NCBI RefSeq assembly: GCF_964213995.1
Contig: NW_027591308.1
Location: forward strand, 1 to 64,000
Direction: 5' to 3'
Origin: Mustelus asterias
Taxonomy: Eukaryota
DNA: 64,000 nucleotides
Positions within the stretch are counted from its first letter, which is position 1; every line of letters begins with the position of its first letter. This document shows, piece by piece, positions 24,151 to 37,779 of the stretch. The notes beneath the pieces were generated by a model, which saw only the letters and a list, made by a program, of their open reading frames with translations, searched no databases and was not told where the DNA came from. The translations under genes and the position numbers were made by a program.

Positions 24151-27116
24151 TCATTTTTTCATTAATTTCACAATGAGACTCAGTGGATATTTTATCCCGT
24201 TTTTTAGCTCCTGTCTGAACTTCCTCTGGGTCACGCCATAAACAACGGTGTTGGTGCAAGAACTTAAAAGCTGAAGAGTATTCCCGGTTTCTTGTAAAAT
24301 GAACTTTGGGTCATTAAAATTGGAGCCCGAAAAATAATTATTTTTTGTAACTCGAACATACAAGAAATTTACAACATACATTGTCCATAGCAACAAAAAA
24401 CTGCCCGAGATACTGAAGAGTAAAACAATGGATTTTCTCCGGTTCTCCATCTCAGGGTCAATCGGATTTTCTCTATTGCTCTGTTTGCGGAGTCTTTTTC
24501 TGGCTCTATTGGCACCTAGGATGTGTTTAACGGTCAGAGCATTCAGCAGTAACAACAGGAGGAACGGAAGACAAGGGGTAGAAATTCGGTCAAACCAGTC
24601 ATATATTGTCCACCCAAGAGAGGTATAAAATATATCTTTAATGTTACATAACCACGCAACATTGTCCACTATGAGCATCGGTTCATAAGTCAGATAAGAG
24701 GGGATGTTTTTTAAGCAGCTCAGGGCACAAACTGTTCCTATCACCCCCACCGCCATTCTCTCAGTGCAATATTTTGTTTTCAGTTTCGAGCAACAAATGG
24801 CCACAAATCTATCAAAGGTAAAAGCAACCGTTAACCAGACAGAACTGTCCGTGGCAGTGTAAATTAAGATAGAGGTCACAGTACAGGCTGGAGTGGTGGA
24901 AAGTCGACTAAATCTAAAATATATACCGGCAATCCTGTTCAATATCACAGCGGTGATAATGACCAGGAGATCTGTCACCGCCATGGATAACAGGTAACGA
25001 GTGATGCATCTGGATAGACCACACCTTCCTCTGGACAGGATCACAATGGTGACAATGTTAGCTGTAAGGCAGAGAAGAAGTATTCAGGGGAGTTACATAT
25101 GGCTACTGTCAAAAGTTTGTTAACATAAAACACGGATGTTGCACAGCACGATGGCAAAGTTGTAGATTCTGATTCTGATGGACAAATTAGTCTATAAGGA
25201 GGTCGACATGGTTGAAAAAGCTTAACAGGAGCCATAGTTGTAAAGTGGTGTGGGTGATCTTCAGAACTGCATGCGGATCGGGGCACTGAAACCAAACCAG
25301 GACCTCCTCAATCAGTTTAATGAAAGACACCGGTGGCAGGACTCAATGTGTGTCAGCAATTCAATGATTCAGAAATTCTGCTTCAGGAAACGTGCTGGTT
25401 AGATACAGCCGTTAATTATTTCTTTTCATATATCTGGTCATATCAAATTATTGTTCAAAAATCGTTGCATCAGAAACTTATTATCAGATTGTACCGACAA
25501 ACAGATTGTCTGCAAATCTCTCCATAGACTCGGGTGCATTGACGCCTGTCTGTGCACCAACTGTCTGGAATTCTATCCATAGACAGATTTTTTGCAGTTT
25601 ACGAAATGTGAAACACCAGAAAAATTATATCATTCGACACCTTGAGCCTGTTCAACCGTTCAACGACAACATGGCTGATTTGTTTGTGTTTCCAAATTCC
25701 ACTTTCCAATCTACCTCCAAAAACCTTTGATTTTCTTTTCTAACAGTATATCAGCCTCTGCCTCAAAAAGGTCAAAGTCGCCATATCCACTGCCATCTCT
25801 TGCATCGAGTTCCAAAGTCATGCAACTGTCTAGAAGAAGAAGAAATAATCTCCACGTCTCTTGTCTTAACGTGGCTGCCCTTAATTTTGAAGCATTGCCG
25901 CCCCCAGTTCCAGACTCACCCAGAAGATGACATATGATTGCTGCATCCACCTCTTCAAGGCAGTTCAGGATTTCATATACGTCAATGGGTTCACCCCTCA
26001 CTCTTCTAAACACCAGTGGACAATATCTCACACTGCCATAAGATAATACACTCATTCCAGATATCAAAGGAGCAGAGCTCCTCTGATGCATTCACATCCT
26101 TCATCAAAAGGAGACACCAAATCTGTGCACATTATTCCAAATGTTGTCTCATTAATGCGCTGTATGATTGAACCATTACATCCATATTATTTATATATTA
26201 AATTGCGCTCGTAATGAAGGATAGCATTTCATTGTAATTAAATCAGTCCCTGTACATTTCGAATGAAATTTCATGACTCCTGTCATTGTTTTAGATAGTC
26301 AAATCACCCAGAATTCCTCAGAGCGCTTTTCTTGCCACATTTTGAGATGGGTTTACTTCGCCACGCCATTCACCCCCTTGATCTTTATTTAAGCAGCACA
26401 GACTGACTTTCTTTCAATCCTATTCAGGTCCACCATTTCAATTCATGCTTTATGGCATTCAGGGATTCAAACCAAGAAACTTTTTTATCTTTATTTCATG
26501 AAGTATCGCGAATTGCCAGTAATTCAAGGTTATAAGTACCCCTCTGGGGTTTTCATCCAGTTCCCATCCGATCAGGCTCTACCTTTCCGAAAAAGTGAAG
26601 TGGTATTGAAAATAATTGGCAAGGGGAGAAATTGAAGGGAAACACTGTTTTGACAGATTTTATTTTGTGGGACATGAGCGTCGCTGGTTGGGCAGCATGC
26701 ATTGGCCATGTCAAAGGCAACTAGGGATGGGAACAAAGGCTGGCCAGTTATCGACACCCATGTCTCACGAATGAATACAAAAAAGGATTTTGCTCCAATC
26801 TCTCCACTTGCTGTATATTTAAATACCAATTCACCTGTTTCTATCTGAAACTTACTGTTCTCTCCTCAACAAGCGGCTCACCAGCAAGACTTCACAATCC
26901 CACCTAATGACCTTCAATCAAATTTTATTGAAATAAGGGCACTAGTGAAAGAAATCTGAAAACTTCATAAACCAAAGATTTGGACGATTCTGACACTTGG
27001 TACAGGACACAATCTCTTTGGACAACCAGTTGTTGTAATAACTTACCCAGGACACCAACAGCAGCAAGAATCGGATAGTAAATAGCAAGCACTGGATTGT
27101 TTCCTGGGGCATGCAT
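24151..27116 (-). CDS. GPR139-like class A GPCR, intact two-exon gene (exon 1 27047-27116, exon 2 24151-25061; about 326 aa)
   Basis: MHAPGNNPVLAIYYPILAAVGVL|ANIVTIVILSRG..MAVTDLLV..SVWLTVAFTFDRFVAIC..CTNTVVY; GT-AG phase-1 intron; 7 hydrophobic segments. Confidence 0.9.
25600..26175 (-). mobile_element. Old CR1 3' fragment
   Basis: Degenerate PLVFRRVRGEPIDVYEIL. Confidence 0.65.
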
Positions 27117-28679
27117 TCTCGTTGAGAAATGATGTGCTGAAAACAGCAGCCCTAAATCGGCTGTGACTTATTATAATAATTCCATGCTTATATCGAATGA
27201 TAACTCCCATGAGGCAATGACATTTCACCTTCACAGCGTTAGTCACGGTTATCTAAACAAACATGTTATGACAGCCATGGCCAGGCTCATCATAGCTGCA
27301 TAAGGATATATTTCAATTGATGTTTTACTACTTTAGGTTAAATAAAACTTTGTTAACATTATAAAAACGACAAGATATACACGGGACAATTTCACTGTAT
27401 CACAGAGTCATGCACATCGCACAGGTCCCCGGTTGAATCTCTGAGCAATGTGGTGTTGAAGAATGTCAAGGGGGAGATAATGATTAGAATAAGCACCAGT
27501 TAGGAAGCACATGTTTCGGATCCCGGTAACGAGAGGGAAATTTAGGCAGGATGCACCTTATTCTGTGATTCAGAGATCAGTGGTCACTAAGAGGATGTCA
27601 CGTTGAGGTAGGAGATATATTGTTCTGTGGAAGGCAAGTCAGAGTCTGGCTGCTGACTACTGCCTTGCGACTCTAGATGGAGAGAATGGCAGTGGAAGTG
27701 TAGGATGGACGCAGATTTATGCTGAGATGGCTCATTGACAAAGACAGCAATGCAGTACACTATGCAAAGATAATTGTGGAAACCGAATGTCCAGCTTCTG
27801 AAGTCGTTCCATTAGCAAGGCTTACATTGTGGTGGAAAGGAAGGGAAAAACGTTGGCCTTGTACACTGAATCATTCCCGGCAGATTCTATTGAAGGTTTG
27901 GTCAATATTCTCTGTCAACTGAACACATATTTTACCTATAGACAGCCCCAACAATGCAAAACAAAATTGAGACAATCAAAGACAAAGCAACACATCTACA
28001 TTCTTCAGCATTCAGTCTCCCCAACGTCGACACACAGTGGCAGTATCATGCTCCATTTACAAGAGACATTGCAGGAAGTTAACGTGCCTTGATGGACAGC
28101 ACTTTCCAAAGTCAATATTCCTACTTATTCGAAGGGCAGCAGACGACTTGTGTAGTGAGTACCTGCAATGCACTGTCCAAGTCACGTAACATTGAGTTAA
28201 AAGTTTAGCTATTAGTCACAAGTAGGCGTACATTAGCACTGCAAAGAAATTACTTTCAAAATCCCCGAGTCGCCATACTCCGGCGACTGTTCTGGTACAC
28301 TGAGATGGAGTTTAAAATGCAGGAGACCCAGAGGGAAGTCTCAGAAAAATCCCTTAACATCACATATCACGTATTCACATATTTACAGGAAGAGGATGAA
28401 TGGCATGTTTCATACTGCCAAGGAGGATTGCCCGACGAGCACACAATCTTAATCAGCTGGACTTAAATGTGTGCACAAATGAATGCTCTTCACAACTGCT
28501 AGCACCAAGGCATTAACATTGACTGATAGGGAGCTCTTCGCATTTTCCGGCAAGTCATTTCTGAGGGCACACATGCCTTCTCCATAGTCAGTATTGAATA
28601 TTTGCATGCCAAACACCATTAAATGCTATCAAGTTGCCACCATTACTGGCGGGACTCAGGCACAGCACACTCCATGGGT

Positions 28680-29526
28680 TTACTATATAATAACAGTCGC
28701 TTCCACCTATGTTTTCCCAGAACCTTCCAAATTCTCTGTGCAATGGATTCCTCTTGATTCTGTGTTCATAGAAATCATAGAAACCCTACAGTGCAGAAGT
28801 AGGCCATTCGGCCCATCGAGTCTGCACCGACCAGAATCCCACCCAGGCCCTACCCCCATATATTTTACCCGCTAATCCCTCTAACCTATGCATCTCAGGA
28901 CTCTAAGGGGCAATTTTTAACCTGGCCAATCAACCTAACCTGCACATCTTTGGACTGTGGGAGGAAACCGGAGCACCCGGAGGAAACCCACGCAGACACG
29001 AGGAGAATGTGCAAACTCCACACAGACAGTGACCCGAGCCGGGAATCGAACCCGAGACCCTGGAGCTGTGAAGCAGCAGTGCGAACCACTGTGCTACCGT
29101 GCCGCTGGCTTTAAATCTACATTAGGAGCTGTGTTTGTTCGGTCATAAACAGGTGCGTACCCCTTCACATATTTAACCTTCCTGCACAGGCCTCACTGAT
29201 GTGATACTCCTCCTGTACCTCCCAACTTGAAAATCCTGGAATGCAGTCTGCTGAATATTTGGCTACTTGGGCTGTTTGATCTGCCATTGTCAATTCCGCA
29301 AATGATAAGGGCTTTGGTTGTAAAGATGTTCCCCCTCCTGCATGGATGGGGATGAACATACCCAATACTTTACCTGATCGGTAAACCTAACATATCTGTG
29401 TGCCAAATATAAGTGAGTATTCACATGTGCCTCCCGAGGGGAACGCTGCAGGGCCTAAGTCTCTGGTCCGACCTGAGCGAAAATCTCTACACTCATTACC
29501 AAAAAGATACAAACACATGTTTTCAT
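28680..29526 (-). mobile_element. Endogenous retrovirus env (SU N-terminus) remnant, split by an HE1 SINE
   Basis: MKTCVCIFLVMSVEIFAQVGPET*ALQRSPREAHVNTHLYLAHRYVRFTDQVKYWVCS/IPIHAGGGTSLQPKPLS: signal peptide plus (C>Y)WVC motif, downstream of integrase on the same strand. Confidence 0.55.
28768..29104 (-). mobile_element. HE1-type SINE, full length
   Basis: tRNA-like head, conserved core, TTTCTATGA tail. Confidence 0.93.
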
Positions 29527-29668
29527 AATGGTTTTTACAATTTTCTCCCTCTTTTCCTTTTGAAAAGTAAAATCCCAACCATTGCTCAATGTCAAGTAAG
29601 TAAAACCTTTTTAAAAACTCCCATAATAAGATGTTACACTCTGTCACTTGCACTTGACTTTGAATAAT

Positions 29669-29973
29669 GGAATCCCTACAGTAAAAAAAGGAGCCATTCA
29701 GTCGATCGAGTCTGCACCGACCACCTTATGGTCCTATGGCCGTAATTGCACACATTTACCCTGCTAATCCCTGACAAAAGGGTAAATTTAGCATGACCAA
29801 TCAACCTAGCTCACAGACCTCTGGACTGTGGGAGAAAACCAGAGACCCGGAGAAAACACACAGAAACGGGGAGAAGGTGCAAGCTCCACACAGACAGTGA
29901 CGCAAGGCCGGAATCGAATCTGGATCCCTAGCGCTGTGAGACAGGAGTACTAATCACTGTGCCACCGTGCCGC
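29669..29973 (-). mobile_element. HE1-type SINE, diverged
   Basis: CTCCACACAGACAGTGAC...CACTGTGCCACCGTGCCGCC. Confidence 0.85.
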
Positions 29974-30239
29974 CACTTGCTTTGCTTCTGTGTTGGGAGG
30001 TGTCCAGTCGACCTTGCTTGTAGCTGTAGAAGCTCCAAAGTACTTCAGTGGCAGTTCTGTAAATGCAAACCACTCTGACTTAAGGCCTTTCAAGTTAGCA
30101 ACTAGTTAATTTTGTTTTCTACTTCCTTTTCTACAGCTCCCCCGCTATTTGTGTCATGATCTGGCCTAATCTAACAACTTTTCTGCAAATACAGATAATT
30201 TTACGAACATTATCAACATTAACAAATATAATTTTCAGG

Positions 30240-32450
30240 ATTGCTCATTGGGATTTGCTTTTAGTTCGGTCAAGTATCGCCATCGCAAACCAGATGTCTC
30301 GTTAATCAGGGCACATGTTTTTTCCTGTGACCACGGCCTCAAAAGGACCCTTCCAATGAAATCCTAGTCCTCTTTTGTCTGTGATTAGTTTCACCATTGC
30401 CTTATCTCCTGGTGCAGATATAACAGGAGCATTTTCTCCCACCAGTTTAGTCCAGTCTCTGTGCTGTTGCTGACTGATTACCTGCTTTTTGAGAGGATGC
30501 AAACGATCTATTGAGTCCCTCATACATTGAAATACTGCCCCTTGGCATATTTCAAGTTCTGCTCCACCTGTGATTTCTTCCATTGTGAAACGCATTGCCC
30601 TGCCTGTTATCAATTCCAAAGGGGTTAATCCTGTTCCATGAGTCAAAGTTTCCTGTTCCATTGCAGTCAAAGCCCGCAACCAATTGTTTCCTTTTTTTCT
30701 AAAATAGCCTTAGTTACACTGTCCATCAGTGTTCGGTTCATACGTTCTACCATCCCTAAGCCGTGAGGATGTTATGGTGTTTGAAACATTTACTTTACTC
30801 CTGACACTCAACAGACGTCCTTTAAAACCCGTCTTGTGAAGTGGGTTACCTGATCTGAATCTAATTGAAGAGGCATTCCCCACCTCCGTATTATTTCATT
30901 ACCAATATCAGAGTTAAACTTCAGCTCATCGCATAAACGGATCTACAATTACCAAACAATATGTCCTACCTTGTTCCCCTGGCGAAAGCCCCGTAAAATC
31001 TATTTGCAAATTCCCCCATGATCCTTTGTCTCGTGGCCGGCTTCCCATTGTAAGCCTGCAGAGACGGCCTGTCTCCACTGGGCCTCACTGCAGACACCTC
31101 TCACAAAACTTCGCCACGTCTGTTTCCAACTGCTTCCACCACTAACATTCTCTTAAAAAATTAAACATTTTCTCTCTGCCCGTATGTGCTAATCCATGGT
31201 ACATTTTCAGCAACGATTACTGTATTACCTCGGGGGACTATTATATTTCCTTCCCTTCCCCATTGTCCATCATGATCTATCTGTCCTCCGTCTTTCTCCC
31301 ATATTTCCTTTTCTTCCACATCTGCTTGTTCCTGCTCCTTTTTGACATCAGCTGAAGTAGTGTTGTTCCACACTACTACAGCTGCCAATCCTGTAGCCTG
31401 CTTCCATTCTCAATCCAGTTCCACTAAATCCTTCGGCGCTTTACCAACGAAGCTGTATTCTTTCTGTGCCTGATTCGTAATTTTCCGGTAGACTTGGACT
31501 TTAATTACTGCTGCTTTTAGGGGGCTGTTAGTTGTTCGCAGTAAAGGTGTAAGTAAATCCTCATGTTGTCTGTATCCAACACTACAAATCACAAAGTCCC
31601 GTCTGCTCCAGGCTGCCATGCAATCATGAACTATTCCAAATGCATATCCACGGTCGGAATAAACATTGAGTCATTTTCCTTGCTCCATTATAAAACCTGA
31701 GCTAAAGCCAACAACCCTGTTACTTGGCTGAATTTTACCGGGGGATTTATTACACTGCAATCACCGCTCCCTTATCTTCTCGCACCGTCCATGCAGTGCA
31801 GAGTTCTCTGTTGACATCCTTTCTTGCTCCATCTTTGTATAGGTTAATTGCCCCTTCTCCTACAAGTGGTTCCTCTGCTCATCCTCTACTTGCTTCCTGA
31901 GTCACTTCCTCAACATACTCATGCTCCGTTCTGCACTGTCAATCTTTCCGTGGAATTCTCCCTTACATCTCTGCTGGTCTCCACATGCATGTCTCCTGGC
32001 AAAAGCTTTGCTTCCCCATTTGAACGTCGTCCAGTTTTCAATGATTTTGCGGGCGCGAGGGAGATTTTTCTTCCCCATCAGTGTGAGTGGCTCGGAAACA
32101 CTTATTGCCCACGAGGCACACGCACATGCTCTTCTGCATCGATACATACCTCTGACAACTGAATCTAATTCGATGGAGGAATCCGCCACCAGTCTTAAGC
32201 TCTCCCCATGTCGTTGGCTCACTGCAGCTGCTTAGATCGCGTCATTCTCTTCACAGAAAATGTGGAAGGGTTTGGTGAGATCTGGCACCCGCAAAGCTGG
32301 AGTTCGCACCAAAGACTGTTTTAATCTGAAAAAGCTTGTGCTTCTGCCTCTCTCCCTTCGACTCTCTCACAGCTTGCTCTTCGTCCCTTGGTCAAATCTT
32401 GCAAGGGCTTCACCAATACAACATGTTGTGGGAAATTATTTTAAGTGGCC
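30240..32450 (-). mobile_element. Endogenous retrovirus pol remnant (RT connection, RNase H, integrase; gamma/epsilon-like), many stops and frameshifts
   Basis: LKQSLVRTPALRVPDLTKPFHIF; NVYSDRGYAFGIVHD..WSRRDF; GNLQIDFTG; WGMPLQLDSDQVTHFT; GMVERMNRTL; TGLTPLELITGR; WKGPFE. Confidence 0.88.
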
Positions 32451-32994
32451 TGATTAATTTAAAGATCTTTTCATTCAACATTTCATTTCACAAAAGGCAA
32501 AAAAGAAGTTTATTCAGTTCAATGAAATTTTTCAATTAAACTGGTTTTTATTAAAACATTGAAATGTTAGAATGAAAAACATTACCAATTAACATAATTC
32601 AGACAAACATACAATTAGGACAAGACAAATATCATTTTTGCAAAAATAAGAGACCAATAGTTCCACCGACACAGCTAATGCGCTAACAGGCTTTCACAAA
32701 AGATCTCAGATTTCATGCCAAGAAAATGGAAGAGTAATGCTTCATTCTCAGATTAATCTGCCCAGCACATAATTAACAACAATTTTATTCATTAATTGAT
32801 CCGTCAGTCTACTGATAAAATGTTTTTCAATCAATAACTTTCTGACATCTTCAAATACATCTCTGTTAATCAGTCTGTTTTCTGGAAGTTCTCTCCCTAA
32901 AAATGGCTTCTTATGGTTCAGCATTTTCTTTAACCAATTTAAACCTTTTCCATTGAAGGCACCTTTATTTATTAGCTGAGAGCCAAGACAAAAC

Positions 32995-35900
32995 ATGTGG
33001 ACATCTCTGGTACGTTACCGGTGCCACGTGATAGCGAGTTGAGGAACAGGGAGAGAGTGCAGTTAAACATGTGGTTGCAGGGATGGTGTAGGAGGGAGGG
33101 TTTCAGATACGTGGATAATTGGAACAAATTCTGGGGAAGGTGAGACCTGTACAAACAAGACGGGGTGCAACTGAACCAGAGGGGCACCAATATCCTGGGA
33201 GGGAAATTTGCTACGGATCTTCAGGGGGGTTTAAACTAATTTGTCAGGGGAGTGGGAAAAGGAGTTGTAGTCCAGAAGTCAGTGTTGAGGGTGCTGAGGT
33301 ATTGGGGAAGGTATCAAGGTCAAGGATGGGAACCGGTAGACAGGAGGTTGGGTTGAAGTGTGTCTACTTCAATGCAAGGAGCATCCGGAACAAAGTAGAT
33401 GAACTTGGGGCGTGGATTGGTACCTGGGACTACGATGTTGTGGCCATTACGGAGACGTGGGTAGAACAAGGACTGGAATGGTTGTTGGACGTTCCGGGGT
33501 ATAGATGTTTCAGTAAGTGTAGGGAAGCTGGTAAAAGAGGTGGAGGAGTGGCATTGTGAATCAAGGATAGCCGAAAGGCTGCAGAAAGGCACTTCGAGGG
33601 CGATCTGCACATTGAGGTAATATGGGCTGAAGTTAGAAATAGGAAAGGAGCGGTCACGTTGTTAGGAGTTTACTATAGGCCCCCAAATAGTAATAGAGAT
33701 GTGGAGGAAGAAATTGCTAAGCTGATTATGGATATGTGTGGGGGTCACAGGGTAGTTGTCATGGGGGACTTTAACTTTCCACAGATTGATTGGAACCTTT
33801 GTAGGTCAAATAGTTCGGATGGGGCAATATTTGTGCAGTGTGTGCAGGAGGGTTTCCTGACACAATATGTGTATCGGCTGACAAGAGGTGAGGCCACATT
33901 GGATTTGGTACTGGGAAATGAACCGGGCCAAGTGTTAGATTTGGTTGTGGGAGAGCACTTTGGAGATAGTGACCACAATTCGGTGTCTTTTGTTATTGCA
34001 ATGGAGAGGGATAGGACCGTACGGCAGGGCAAGGTTTATAATTGGGGGAGAGGTCATTATGATGCGATTAGGCAAGAATGAGGGGGCATAATATGGGAAC
34101 AGAAACTGTCAGGGAAAGGCACTAATGAAAAGTGGAACTTTTTCAAGGAACAAATACTGGGTGTCCTTGATAGGTATGTCCCTGTCAGGCAGGGAGGAAA
34201 TGGCCGAGTGAGGGAACCATGGTTCACGAAAGAGGTGGAATTTCTTGTGAAAAGGAAGAGGGGAGCTTATGTAGGGATGAGGAAACAAGGTTCAGATGGC
34301 TCGATTGAGGGTTACAAGGTAGCAAGGAACGAGCTGAAAAAGGGGCTTAGGAGAGCTAGGAGGGGACTTAAGAAGTCCTTGGCGGGTCGGATCAATGAAA
34401 ATCCCAAGGCTTTTTACTCTTACTTGAGGATTAAAAGAATGACCAGGGTGAGGTTAGGGCTGGTCAAGGACAGTAGTGGGAACTTGTGTATGGAGTCAGT
34501 AGAGATAGGCGAGGTGGTGAATGAATACTTTTCTTCAGTGTTCACCAAGGAGAGGGGCCATGTTTTTGAGGAAGAGAAGGTGTTACAGCCTAATAGGCTG
34601 GAGGAAATAGTTGTTCGGAGGGAGGACGTACTGGCAGTTTTGAATAAACTGAAGGTCGATAAGTCCCCTGGGCCTGATGAAATATATCCTAGGATTATTT
34701 GGGAGGCAAGGGATGAGATTGCAGACCCTTTGGCTTTGAACTTTGGGTCCTCACTGTCCACGGGGATGGTGCCAGAGGACTGGAGAGTGGCGAATGTTGT
34801 TCCTCTGTTTAAGAAAGGGAATAGAAATGACCCTGGTAATTATAGACCGATTAGTCTTCCTTTGGTGGTTGGTAAATTGACGGAAAAGGTCCTTAGGGAT
34901 AGGATTTACGACCATTTAGAAAGATGCGGATTAATCCGGGATAGTCTGCACGGATTCGTGAAGGGCAAGTCGTGCCTCACAAATTTGATTGAATTTTTTG
35001 AGGAGGTAACTAAGTGTGTTGATGAAGGTCGGGCAGTTGATGTCATATTCATGGATTTTAGTAAGGCGTTTGATAAGGTCCCCCATGGTCGGCTTATGAT
35101 GAAAGTAAGGAGGTGTGGGATAGAGGGAAAGTTGGCCGATTGGATAGGTAATTGGCTATCTGATCGAAGACAGAGGGTGGTGGTGGATGGAAACTTTTCG
35201 GACTGGAGGCAGGTTGCTAGCGGAGTGCCGCAGGGATCAGAGCTTGGTCCTCTGCTCTTTGTGATTTTAATTAATGACTTAGAGGAGGGGGCTGAAGGGT
35301 GGATCAGTAAATTTGCTGATGACACCAAGATTGGTGAAGTAGTGGATGAGGTGGAGGGCTGTTGTAGGCTGCAAAGAGAAATAGATAGGATGCAAAGCTG
35401 GGCTGAAAAATGGCAAATGGAGTTTAACCCTGATAAATGTGAGGTGATTCATTTTGGTCGGACTAATTTAATTGTGGATTACAGGGTCAAAGATAAGGAT
35501 CTGAAGACTGTGGTGGAACAGGGAGATCTTGGGGTCCATATCCATAGATCTCAAAAGGTTGCCACTCAAGTGGATTGAGCTGTGAATAAGGCCTATAGTG
35601 TGTTAGCTTTCATTAACAGGGCGTTGGAGTTTAACAGCCGTGGTGTTATGCTGCAACTGTACAGGACCTTGGTGAGACCACGTTTGGAATATTGTGTGCA
35701 GTTATGGTCACCTCACTATAAGAAGGATGTGGAAGCGCTGGAAAGAATGCAGAGGAGATTTACCAGGATGCTGCCTGGATTGGAGGGTAGGTCTTATGAG
35801 GAAAGATTGAGGGAGCTAGGGCTGTTCTCTCTGGAGCGGAGGAGGCTGAGGGGAGACTTAATAGAGGTTTATAAAATGATGAAGGGGATAGATAGAGTGA

Positions 35901-36218
35901 ACGTTCAAAGACTATTTCCTCGGGTGGATGGAGCTACTACAAGGGGGCATAACTATAGGGTTCATGGTGGGAGATATAGGAAGGATATCAGAGGTAAGTT
36001 CTTTACGCAGAGAGTGGTTGGGGTGTGGAATGGACTACCTGCAGTGATAGTGGAGTCAGACACTTTAGGAACATTTCAGCGGTTATTGGATAGGCACATG
36101 GAGCACAGCAGGATGATAGGGAGTGGGATAGCTTGATCCTGGTTTCAGATAAAGCTCGGCACAACATCGTGGGCCGAAGGGCCTGTTCTGTGCTGTACTG
36201 TTCTATGTTCTATGTTCT
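32995..36218 (+). mobile_element. CR1 LINE (end of ORF1 to stop 33239; ORF2 with several premature stops; 3' tail)
   Basis: FNARSIRNK, VAITETW, GDFNFP, SDHN, FADDTK, (TTCTATG)n. Confidence 0.96.
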
Positions 36219-37779
36219 AATTGAATTACTGTCCTTGTTTCTCTCATTAAACTGGAATGCATGGAAGGAATTTAAGTTGAAGCTCTATAATAGTACAGGT
36301 CTGCAATGCCTCTTCTCAACGGGAGTTCTGCTCTGGTGGAAGGACGCCCAGTTGGTCAAGTCCCTCCTGAACACTATGCTGTCTCATCCCCACACCATTT
36401 CACCTAGTCTCTCTTACACACTGCCTCTGAGGTTAACACGAATCGAACAAAGAGTTACGAAACTGATCCAAGTGTTTGAACTATGTTCTCAACAATGATG
36501 TGAACAGCCTTACATGTGTGTCCTTGTTTTCTGAAATCTGCGTCCCCGGATTCTTTATCTGCTTAATGCCATTGGCAGCTTGTTCTTCATTTTCAACATC
36601 TGATCCCTCAGTTCTTTCTCCCCCTTAACCCAGGTTAATTATTTTAATTCGTAGTTTTTATTTTCTCATTTCGTCGAGGTTAATTTCTTTTTCTGCTATG
36701 AGGTAAACAGACACAACGTTTTTCTTGTAATTTAGACCATGAACTCAGGTTTATATCTGACAGTTACTGTACTGCATTTCACTCCTTCATCTGTGTGAAC
36801 AAGCCCGCCACCTACTGGTGTAATCGGGTGCGTTTGATTTCTCACATTTATCAAACTCAATACTTAGTCCATCAAATGTCTTACTTTATTTATTTTACAG
36901 CAGTGTAGTGGGGGTATGTGTGCTGGTGGTGGTGGGGCTCTTTCTACTGGGAAGGAAATACTTACGGAGGGGGAATGAGAGGCAATCCGAAATCATTTCA
37001 CATGATGCTCACTGTGCCTGTAACTGCAGAAGAAAACTCCTCTTTTGGGGCAGAAATGCACATTCCCCCTCCCACTGCGCTGCAGATCCAAACCAGAGAA
37101 CATCTCTAAGAACAGAGGCCAGTGAATGTGGATCAGAGGGACCGCAGTAAAGGGAACGGAACGGGATTGCAACTGGCAGTGTTATCCCCACTTAACTCTT
37201 TATAATTTCAATTTAGAGCAGCGAGGAGTTTGTAGCCAGTGCGCCTCTCTGGCGGAAGCTCTAAAACCTTCAATCTCAGGATAATGAGCGAAGTGCAAAT
37301 GTATTGATAAGGCAGTTTCAACTGACCGTATTTTAAGACTTGTGTTTCAGAAAATTGAGCCGTTTAAATATCTATGAAATACGAGTAATGCTAAAGAAAA
37401 ATGACATTCTGCTTTATTGACGTTTCTCTTTTTTCATGGTAGCACCCGTTATTTAATCTGCCTATCACACACGGTACTTTCCAATCTCTTCCATTTTTTC
37501 TTCAATATTTCCTCGTCTTGTGCCCATTTGAACTATGATTACAGAACTTTTCCACTTTTTGTTTCCCGCTCACCCCCATTCTGGTTTGTGTGTGCTCCCT
37601 TTCCTCTTCACCATCTCTGTTTTCAACTCTCTTTATTTCTGACGGGATTTGATTAATTAGATTCGGTATTTTATTTTGTGTTGTGCTCATTTCCTTTAGT
37701 TACATTTTTTTTTCATAATCCCACCACTCACTTTGCCGATACTGCCGAGACAGCAGAGCGGCTCTCGCAGTTCTTGCGG

